Shown in pieces: positions 11,379 through 21,717 of a DNA stretch of 64,000 nt; positions within the stretch are counted from its first letter, which is position 1, and every line of letters begins with the position of its first letter. The DNA is taken from NCBI GenBank assembly GCA_038496445.1, contig JALMLS010000326.1, positions 1-64,000 on the forward strand, read 5' to 3'. The position numbers and the translations under genes were made by a program. The stretch comes from Trichosphaerium sp. ATCC 40318 (Eukaryota > Protista > Tubulinea). The notes under the pieces are model-generated. The model saw nothing but the letters and a program-made list of their open reading frames with translations, was not told the DNA's origin and searched no databases.

Positions 11379-12802
11379 GTGTGGTTCGCTGGTAATGATC
11401 TCTTTGCTTGGCGTTTCTAACGATGGCTTCAAGTACGTACAGTAACCCAGGAACTGAAACAAAAAAAAAAAAAAAAAACTCAAAAAAGTTTCAATTAAAT
11501 CATAGTCAAGCAATAGTCGCCACTGTCTCAATTGCAACTCTAAGCAAACCATGTTGTTGCGTACTGTCTGTAGAACCGCTCAAAGCAAAGCTGTCCGCTC
11601 ACAGAAGCGAGCAACCAGATGCTTTTGTACGTAGACTTCACTTTAACCACCACCCTTTTGCTTTGATCGATGATTGTACGCAATTTAAAGCTAACACACT
11701 GAAAGCAAGTGAAGAGGCTAGAGAGACCTTGAAAGAGCACAGCGTTATTGGCGATGTAACAAGGGACTTTGAACCTAGAATGGAGTTAAAAGTTGAATGG
11801 CCTGACACTGGTGTGGCTGCAAGCTTTGGAAACGAGCTAAAACCAACACAAGTGCGTACAACCCAAATAACTTGCTCTAAAATCCACTGTAGACACAAAA
11901 AGTCCCAAAAATTTCGTTTGAAGCAGCTCCTGACGTACGTTAGTGAAATTGGTCGTTAACCTAGTCTTTATCTCAATAATAATTGTTGATAGACTTTGTA
12001 CACCCTCGTCAAAACTGACCCAGACGCGCCATCACGCGAGAAGGCCGTTGGCGAATGGCACCACTGGTTCGTCGCAAACATACCTGGTATGTGTAAATAC
12101 GCGTCCTCATTTTTTAATGTCACTTACTTATACTCGCTCAAAAGGAAACGATATTGCAAAGGGTGACACCATCTACGAGTACATTGGCGAAGGTCCACCA
12201 CAAGGTATGGACCTCAAAAACAAATGCAAACAAAAAAAAAACTACTACTACAGTGCCAGACAACACACACTCCAATCTGGGTTTTTTTTTAATTGCGCCT
12301 TAAAAAGTCGATGATTCAAACTTACACGCCACGTAGAGACTGGACTGCACCGTTACGTCTACTTACTGTACCAACAACGAAATGGAAAAATTGACGTTGA
12401 GGAAAGCCTCCTCAGTAACAGAAGCCAAGACAACCGCGCTGGCCACAAGGCACGCTCATCAATGTGGTGTATTAAACGATTATACTAACAAGGATACAAC
12501 AGACAAAGACCTTAGCGTCCAAGTACTCTCTCGGCAATCCCGTAGCCGTCAACTTCCACCAAGCTAAATGGGACGAATACGTACCACAACTCTACAAGCA
12601 ATTGAGCGAGATCAAATACGTTGCTGGCCATCCTGTCCATCCAATAGGCATTAGAGATGCAGTTTAATCCCGCCCTCTGGACGCGCACCCGTTTTTTGCT
12701 CCGTAGCGCGTCGTTTTACAGTATTAGCGCACAAAAAGCGCTTAGCCAAACACCAACGAAAAAAGACTAAAAAACAAATATATTCATTGGCACATCTCTT
12801 GA
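9869..12802. repeat. Right arm of the inverted duplication (intact gene context)
   Basis: Mirror of 1-2928; this copy is continuous with the rest of the URB2-like gene. Confidence 0.97.
11551..12667 (+). CDS. Phosphatidylethanolamine-binding protein (PEBP/RKIP family) with a mitochondrial-presequence-like N-terminus, 7 exons
   Basis: Spliced product contains [58 protein letters not shown] and [22 protein letters not shown]. Confidence 0.93.
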
Positions 12803-13135
12803 ACCTCGCTATCTACACTTGTCAAATAAACAGCTCTGTTTTACAAAAAAAATAACCCACACAGCAAGGAGTGGAATCGACAAGTCTCAGTTGTAGTACG
12901 TTTTGAATCCGTAGTCGTATCCAGTTTAATAACACTCTCACAACAAAATATCTGGACTATGTGCGTGGTTGAATTAATGTAGTTGTGAGACTGCGTCACT
13001 AAGCGCTAACCCCGCATTTCTTCTGCGGGTGAGAAAAGAGTGCTGTGTACCCCAAATGTGTCCTATAGTTTTGTGTATTTTTCCATAATACCGCTACCAA
13101 ACGCACCTCACAGGCCCTTTTTACAACTTACACAA

Positions 13136-14791
13136 ATGTCAGACAGTGATGCAAGTACGTGCCAGCTCCTCTCGGCTTGTTACTCCTCAATACAGCGCTT
13201 ACCTTACGCGCAGGTGATTCTAATGGAGGAGGAGGCCACCGTGGCTACTTGACAAAAAAGACACAAGGAGGCTTTAGCAAAACAAATAAGCGCTTCTTTG
13301 TTATTCAAGATAATACCATGAGCTACTACGCTAACATGAAGGTAACTTGAGCAAGTGGCGTCGCGTTGTAGCAAATTTAAACCGGTTTTTGTAGATTTTT
13401 TATTTTTTTTGTTCTGCGTTTTTTTTTGTATTTTCTCATGTGATTTACACGTTATAAAAAATACAACCTCATACTACGCGCACGTGATATCTCGCTTTTT
13501 TTTCTTAAAGAGATTATGTGGTTTACAAACGTGGTACTAACACTGATGTAGAACCTAAAGAAACCTCGCGGCACCATTGATTTAAGCGGCGGTACGGCTT
13601 CAGCTACTGCTACTTTTTGAAAATATTTCTTCGTGTTTGGAGAATTTTATGTTCAAATCCAATAAAAAACTACACAGATCCTTTTTGCTTACTGTTTTAC
13701 AGCCAAAATTACCGCTGATTCGAGCGGAAAGAAAGGTAAATACTCGTTCATGGTAAACACAAACAAGCGCAACTGGACCTTTTTTGTTCAAGACGAAGAC
13801 TCTCAAAAAGAGTGGGTCAGGCATCTCAAAGGTACCAAACCGTATTGTTTGTAACACAAACTTATCTCTTTGACTAGCGGCAGCAGGAGTACGTTCACTT
13901 TTCTCGATTTTTTAGTAACTTTGTACATAAAAAGGGAGGCAATGACGACAGTGACGACAACGGTAGTGGTGGTTAGTGTTTTTTGTAGTATTTAACGTAT
14001 ATAATTTCAATTAAACGCAATATTAGAATCCAGTTCTACTGGTGATCCCGCCAAGAGCACGCGTTCCAGCGACCAGGAATCTACGTCTGCTGACTCCAAC
14101 GACAGTGACGACAGCGATGACAGCGATGACAGTGATGACTCCAAGGTATAAAACAGAAGAAAAAAAAAAAGCAATTCCTCCTCCCTTCGTAATACTTTGC
14201 GATACTCATCACATGTACTTAGTCATCAGGTTCTGACACCGATGGATCTTCGAGCAAAAGTGAAAGCTCAAGTGAGAGCGAAAGTGAAAGTGAAAGTGAA
14301 AGCGAAAGCGAAAGTGAGAGCAAGACCGACGAAAGTGATAGCGAGACTGAAACCGATGGTAGTGGTGAAAGCAAGAGCAGTGCATCAAGCCCTCAAGCAA
14401 ATGGCACAGGTGGCGGCGATGACTCTTCATCAGAAACAGAGTCCCCAAGCGTAGAAGAAAAAGACAAATCATCAGGTTCAGCTTCGGAAAGCGAGAGTAA
14501 AACTGACGAATCATCTGAAGAGACAAGCGAAGAATCGCCTTCAAAAACAGGAGGTGACGACTCAAAGGAATCTAGTGACGAAAGCGAAAGCGAAAGCGAG
14601 AGCGAGAGCGAAAGTGGTGTACGTTAATTTTTTGTTGTTGGCCGTGTACTTTTTTGTGGACACACACGAAAAATTATTACGATTTTTTAAAGTTTGTGCA
14701 AAGTGTTTCGGCTTACTCCTCGTTTTAGAGCTCAAGCTACTCCTCGTCGTCTGAGGAATCGAGCGATGAGTCATCATCATCGTCTTCATAA
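13136..14791 (+). CDS. PH-domain protein with a long Ser/Glu/Asp-rich tail (multi-exon)
   Basis: HRGYLTKK..KRFFVIQDNTMSYY..KPRGTIDL..YSFMVNTNKRNWTFFVQDEDSQKEWVRHLK is a canonical PH pattern. Later exons encode SESESE and DSDDSD repeats. Confidence 0.88.
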
Positions 14792-15913
14792 AGCGTATGA
14801 AAGAAACTACCGGTGTGGCATTTGAACGGATCATTCATGCATGCACACCCAAGTATTATAAATTAAACGTAAAAAAAAAAACACTTGCCAAAAAAACCAA
14901 AAAAAAAAACCCCTTATTTACTTTGCTTGCTATTGTCGAAAGCAATCGGTTGTTATCTCTATTTCGAAATAATAAAGACAACAATATTTATTACTCAGTG
15001 GCGCGTCTTTTTGGTTTACAAATAAACACGTTGGGCGAGACGGTGTTGCAAGTCTTTTTAGGAAACTACTAAATAAATTACTGGCTGTTTTTGGCGATGG
15101 GCTTTCAAATACCCAGGGTGTTGCAACGCGCCATGTACAATAGATATCCGGTGCGTCGGGTCGCGTTCACAAAAGTTTAAGCAACTATAGGCTTAAATAA
15201 GCGAGGACATTCTGTCTTTAAAAACACAAATACAGACTTGGCTTTAGCGGTAAGCCCGCTCCATAAATCACGAAACCTACACCGTAGTTTGGTTCACAAT
15301 TAGTTACAACGGTACCTAGCATTTCAACTCCATTTGCAGGTGTTTAGACCTGTTTACAAGATATCAACTGAAAAACTACGAAGCATCATTAAATCGCCTT
15401 TGCCGTTTACGTTTGCTCATTTATAAACTAAAAACGTAACGCAAGAGCTGAAGGTCGCTAGAAACTGTATGAAATTTCATTTCTTACGAGTTCTCTTGCG
15501 CGGTAGCTTTCAGCTTACGTTTCAACCTTGTGTTACAAAAAGATCAGCTGGCTATCCATTAAATCCCTTTAAAATGCAAGCCCAGAAACCCTTTCGCTTG
15601 GGGAGTTTAGTCGCGGAGGTCACACTGTCGCACAATTCGATGGGGTGGTCTGTAAACATGAAATTAGTTTTCTTTCTTCGCCACTTTCACTTTTTTTTTG
15701 AATGAATCGAAAATCCTTTCACATTTTTGTGTTAAAGACATTGCGCAATTTTTTTTTGATGCTTGTTTTTGCACGGCCTACAAAATACAAGTCGTTTCGA
15801 AAAAAACCCCCAAAAATTAACAAAAAAAAAACAGCAGCAGTGTACAATCTCTCCTTTTTCAGCCTCTCTGCGCGATCAGTGATCTAATTTTCTTTTTTGT
15901 TGTAGGCGTCAAA

Positions 15914-18829
15914 ATGATGAAAGTCACCGCATTAGTGGGACAAGGAGGTGAAAACGAGGAACCCAAATTATTTACAAACGGCAAACCGCAGACGCGCACC
16001 AATACGTCGCTCGCTAGTCATCCTGTTATTCCTATAGGAAGTATGGGCCAGTACCATCAACCCCGTAAGTGTACTATTCTCAAACCGAATATGAACTGAA
16101 AATCTGAAAAAATGCCATTTACAGCTTGGTAGTCACCCTTCCATCCGCACTGCTTGTCGTTGGCACAGTTAACCTTAGTGGACACGTATTGTTGTCGTTG
16201 CTAGGAAGGGAGTTGACTAGGCTGGCTATTTTAACAAACTAGGCGTTTTTTTTTCTATTTTTATCGTCTATTTTGACTTAATTTTTTAACCAACACCGAA
16301 GCAGGAATGGATTACAAGTTCGAAGTTGGCAGTACACTGGAGAACCCGGCGTTACGGAACCTGCGTCCTCGTCGTAGAGCCCATTCAGCTCCACCTGCTA
16401 ATATGAACGCTGTTATGCATGGTGGTCAAGCTGTACCGCTTCAAACTGCTCAAGTTTATCAACCTATGGACCTGGTACAAGAAGAGGCCGGTTTTCATCG
16501 CAACAGGAAGAGAAGGCGGCCGATGTCTGAAAGTTACACTAAATTGGAGCTACAGCATGGTACGTCACTAAATATACTATCTCGCCGCAACAGACAATTT
16601 ACAGACGCAAAATTTCCATTTTACACCACTTTCAAGCTGATTTTGGCTTTTTTGTCTGTCTTTACTTTAAACGCCCTTAAAGTCATCACATAAATTCTGT
16701 TACACGGTGGAAACAACCGTGAAGCTTAAAACAACCGAATTGCGCGCCCTTCACACATCTCCGGCAGATCTGTTTTTTTTTGTACCTTTATATTACAACA
16801 GGCGCATATCGTAATATAGTGCAACAATACGAATTTTATCCACGTTTTATTTGATTATCTAAAACGGGCTAAGCGCCAAAATTTTTTTGTGAAATGAAAA
16901 ATCCTTTTTCTCTCCCGACATTGCTGCTCACGTGTTGTATTCGCCAATGTTGTTTTTGGTAAACAAAAGTTAACCATTTTTGCTAGAGCGTGATTCAAAC
17001 ACGTGGGCGCAAGGTGAACACCAGCAAACAGCCAGCTTGGATGACAGTTGGGTAGGCCGTGGATCGTACCATCACCACCAACAACACCCCGGCTACAGCA
17101 ACCAGTTTCACAAGGCGCCATTCATGGGTAGTTTTTCTGGCCAGCAACCACAGCATGGTGCGCCTGAAAGCAAACCTGAGGACAATCAACCCAAGATCAA
17201 ACAGTACGTCAATTAGCACCAACACATTGTTGATGCAGTCACGCCTTTTATGTTGACGTTTTATTGCGCAGAGTGATTGTCAACAACACCAATCCAATTC
17301 GTGATGGTCATGGCTACCCCATTGAAATCATTCTATCGCATCCTGTACGTGTCTATTCTTTTTGCAGCACAAAAGGCCTATGTAGTGGTTGCAGTGACTC
17401 ACGTCATTCAAGTCCTATTTTTTTGGTTCTTTTTTTTTTTTTTTGTGAACTGTGTGTTTAAGCTCCGCCGGTTGTTTCTCCTTAATCTCAATTATTTGTT
17501 TTTTCCTGATTGTGGTGTTTAGATAAGTACCTTGGGTAACCCTACAATCTCGGAGATTAAGCACATTTACGATGAGCGTGATGCCGTCATGTCGCCTGAT
17601 GATCCTGGTTTGAGCTATGTGAAACTGGGTCTTCAAGGGCTTAAATTGCAACCGAACAATGTGTTTTCAATTCAAGAGATTGATGTAAAAGAGGCCTGCT
17701 TGATTCGTTTGAAGGTCAAATTCACGTGTCGTCCTCGCGCCTTCCTCAAGAACTTTCCTAATGGTAGTTTCGTTCGTATGAGCGTCACCTTAATGTTCCC
17801 TGACAATGGCCGTACGTATTAATTTCATCTTCAACATACTTTTTTTTTTTTTCTCTTTTCGAATCAAAATGTCTGTGGAGACACAGAAAAAAATAGCAAC
17901 AAAATTTTGACGTTTTGTTAGGTTGGAGCACATTGTTTCACCCTGAGGCGACATTCCGTTTCAATCCCAACAATTGTAAACCTAAGAATGGGCGATTCTG
18001 CCACATCTCCCCTAGCAAATACGTGAGCGAGGAGGATAACGTCACCTTTATTATTGGCGAGGTACATTACTCATTTTTTACGCCTGTACTAACTGCAATG
18101 TTTGTAGAACTTGGCTAAAGATATTCAAGTTTACTTTGGCAATCTCCGTTGTGAGGTTTTACCTGCACAAGAGAGTAGGTCATACGCTTGCTGGCGCGGT
18201 GTAACAATACCGCCGATGGAAGCTGTGCTTAAGGCCAATCACGGCAGTGAACACCTGGTGGCGACTGGCAATGGCGAGTGGCGTGTACGCGTCAGAGTAC
18301 TCCAAAAAGCCAAGAGCAAATTTGTCACCGTTGAGGGCGAACAGTTCTTTAGCTACAAACCTTACAGAGGTATAGATAAACTTTTTTGTTTGTTTTGTGT
18401 GTTGAGCTAACGCAGTTTCAGCAGGCCTTCAAACCATTACGCGCCAACTCGGTAACTTTACTGTGAACCAACAAGCTTACCCTCAACAACGCGGTATCCC
18501 AATGGCCATCCCTCACACTATGCCACCACTTCAAGACCACAGCATGCACGCCATACAAGAGGAGGAAGGCGATCAACCTTCAGGGCACTACATTCATGGC
18601 TACCCTCCTAATGCGCAAATGGAACACCAGAGACCTCTCGTCGCTCCTATGCCACAATACGCCCAACACCAAGGCGGTACGTTGTCTAATTCACGTTATA
18701 TCTAGCGCACAGCCATTTTTTTTTTTCACTTATTGACATTGTGTGTTTTTAGGGCAAGAAGGATTCCTACCCAATGATCAAGCCGCGTTCATTCAAGGTC
18801 CTGTTGGCGCCGTAAGCTACGGATACTAA
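15914..18829 (+). CDS. Putative transcription factor: disordered N-terminus with NLS, beta-rich domain, IPT/TIG domain, Gln/Pro/His-rich tail
   Basis: Exons join via GT-AG. HISPSK...TFIIGENLAKDIQVYFG..VTIPP..FFSY is IPT-like; RNRKRRR is NLS-like. Confidence 0.65.
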
Positions 18830-19151
18830 GACTTGGTTGGGCGTGTTCTCTTGTGCATATGTATATATACAGTTGTCAAATCCCTGACGCCGAGCTGACC
18901 TTTTTTTTGGCTGCCGGCAAGAAAAAAAAATGTACCATAATCAATTTGTACAAAGAAAGTGTAGATAAAAAAAAATCATTTGTTTTTTAAAATTACTGTC
19001 AAACAGTTCCTGTGCTCGCCTTTGTTTTCTTTTATTTCACGTTTCTTACAACAAGAAAAACTGTTGAATCTTTGTTATGCGCAGGATTTTAAGTGTACAA
19101 CTATGACTCAAAGCCACGACGCAACTCAATTGTGGCAAAAAGGTCGTACCG

Positions 19152-21311
19152 TCAAATGGGCGGTGCAGCCATGGATGGAGCCATCAGATTGAGGGTGTGC
19201 CGTTGTAGTGTTGGTGATTTGGCGAGTAATGGTGGTACTGCCAATGTATTACCTACTACTGGTATTCCTGGTGCATAGTGTCGGATTGTTGCGATCAGAG
19301 CGGCAGCATCTCCCTCCCACCAATACGGTACAAGGACAAGACTGATACCTGGTAATACTCAGCGTGTCAGACTACGGAAACCTTTTGAACAAATACACGA
19401 GACGCACCTGCTCTACTACACGCTTCCATCTTTTCAGCGTCTCGCACCTTTTGTGTGTCGGACAAGTGTCTGTCGAATATGTCGTCAAAGTGATGCTCAC
19501 CTAACACATTCGCGCTTGTTAGTGACACGTGCTTGGCGTCGGTTCGCCACAAGTCGGTAGTTTATCGCACCTTGGTACTCGATGGCCAGGTTGTGCTCAG
19601 GAATAAACGCATCAACCTGCAGGCTGTGGTGCCTTTCTCCAATCTCAACTTGCGCGTTCTCCAATACCGAGCACGCCTCGAAGAGTTGACGTAATTGTGT
19701 TATTAGCGCACTATCAACAACATTAGCCTTCCAAAAGAACGAAAGTGATGAGGATTCGTGCCTTTGTGAAGTAGCTTTGCCTACCCACGAAAAGTGTTCC
19801 CAGCGCCATTCGTGTTTGGGTTCTATCAATGCTAGCACTGAAGGCCAAAACCGTTGTATGCCATGGCCACCATGTTGTGCTATTTGCTCAAGTGAAACAC
19901 GATACCTTGGAACAATAATCAGCCTATTTGGATTATTGTATGTGTGCCGGTACCATGCTTTAGCATTCGACAATTTTAGTTGTTTTTGTAGATGTTGCAA
20001 GTACGCCTTTTGATGTCGCTCTTCTAACCAGTAGTGTCGCCATTTGAACGCCCATGACGGCCAAGGGTAGTTTGGATACGCTACAGTCAGTGCCCTCGAT
20101 AAACAACCATAACTGTCAAAAAAAAGAGTGAGTCTAGTTAGTGTATGTGGAACGAACATGTGACTCCAATCCGGCTAAAATTACGTACTTGGACCTGATA
20201 CCACTCGATATTGGCATATCGCTCCGTATCGCATCTGGCCATTCGCCCATGGTCTTGATACTGTATTGAAACGCAACGTCTTCCAGGTACACCTGCAGCC
20301 CACGTGTGTTATTCCAGTAATTTACGGGCGTGTGACTAATATCGTGCAATCCACGGTTAAGAATACCTGGCTGTACACACTTGCGTACCTGAAGGCCCAA
20401 GGAAGCCAATTGTACTGTGGATAAAGTCGCATTAGACAGCGTGATATGGAACCGTTATAATGCTGGCTAAGTGTCTCGTGTCAGGTGGGAAAACAGAAAG
20501 AAGAGATGAGGTGTATGGACGTACACTAATATGGCGTGTCCGCCGTGTTTAACTATATCTGGCTTGCCTTTGGTGTACCAATCCTCCATGACTTTGATGC
20601 CCATGGCCTGACCCATTGTTTCTAAGCGCCGACGATGCGCGTCCTTGTCCGGTAAGGTGCCGTATGGTCGACTCTTCCACCTGTGGTAGGGGTATGCATG
20701 CTCTATTGCGTTTTGTAGATTACCATTGTGCGCGTTCCTATGCCGACAATGAGATTAGGACGGGCCTGGCGTAATGATCAGGCCGAATGTGATACGGCTA
20801 CCCTATAACGTACAATACAGGACGACCACCTGCGCGATGCACTTGTGACGAAGCCACCTGACGCCACGCATCCAGATGCTTGACACGTAGTCGTTCTCCA
20901 ATTTCGTTCAATAGCGACACCTGGTGCTCACGATCCTGCCAATACGCCTCTAACTATACTGAATTGTTGGCGACAATGTTTTGTGCTACCTTTTGATTGC
21001 CAGTGATGGTCAGGGTACACGTATGTCAGGCACCGAACACTTGAGCTGTTAAAACGCTTTCTAGATCGCATATTAGGTATAAAACGTGCGGTTAAAGCGT
21101 GCTTGACAGATGGTGGGATGGCTTCATCGTCCAATATTGAAACGCGATACCAATCATCCAGCTCCTTCACGTGGTGGCGAATTGCAGCGCTATTAAGCTG
21201 CTTTTTGAGCGTGTTGCGATAACTCTATGCTGTAATTCAACCAAACAATCTATCATTGGTGTTATTTCATGCTTCTACGCGTACCAATGACCTCGATGCA
21301 TTGTAGCGCAT
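19152..21311 (-). CDS. Trp-rich helical-repeat protein (about 5 repeats) with a C-terminal Vsr/DUF559-like PD-(D/E)xK-fold nuclease domain
   Basis: Repeats such as VKELDDWYRVS..YPDHHW, VKHLDAWRQV..GG..AYPYHRW, IKVMEDWY..GG, AYPNYPW and KAWYRVS..GG..PKHEW. C-terminal VDAFIPEHNLAIEYQGEHH...RDAEKMEACSRAGISLVLVPYWW. Confidence 0.8.
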
Positions 21312-21717
21312 TTATTAGGGCGTTTGAGTAACTATAGTGCCAACTTTGTACACGTAATGCATGAAGCACTCTGTGCAGCTTCAACGATGCCCAAAAGAGT
21401 TGTGTCACACTTGTAGAGGATTAGGTCAGTGAGATAAAAGATTTCAAATGCGGTCTTTTCTGAACTTTTATGCGTGCAACAAAACAAAATGTCATCTACA
21501 CGTGTCATCATAATTCTTGTGGCGTAAAATAGGCGCTAGTTCGTGCACGTGATGGAAAATATTGAGCGCGTTGTAATAGATGCATAAATAAATATATTTT
21601 TTGTTCTCACGTGAATTACACGCTACTAATGTATTATTTAGTTTTTACTTGTTTTTTTCTAGTGTTACACTTTGTGGACATTATTATACTGTACAATTAA
21701 ATTAACTCCAAGCAAGG

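Noticed and set aside
13003-13016. Telomerase-template-like CTAACCC
   Set aside because: Only one partial repeat with no supporting structure.
14197-14620. KAKAKV ORFs and the (GAAAGY)n microsatellite as separate features
   Set aside because: Alternative frames of the Ser-Glu repeats in the PH protein tail.
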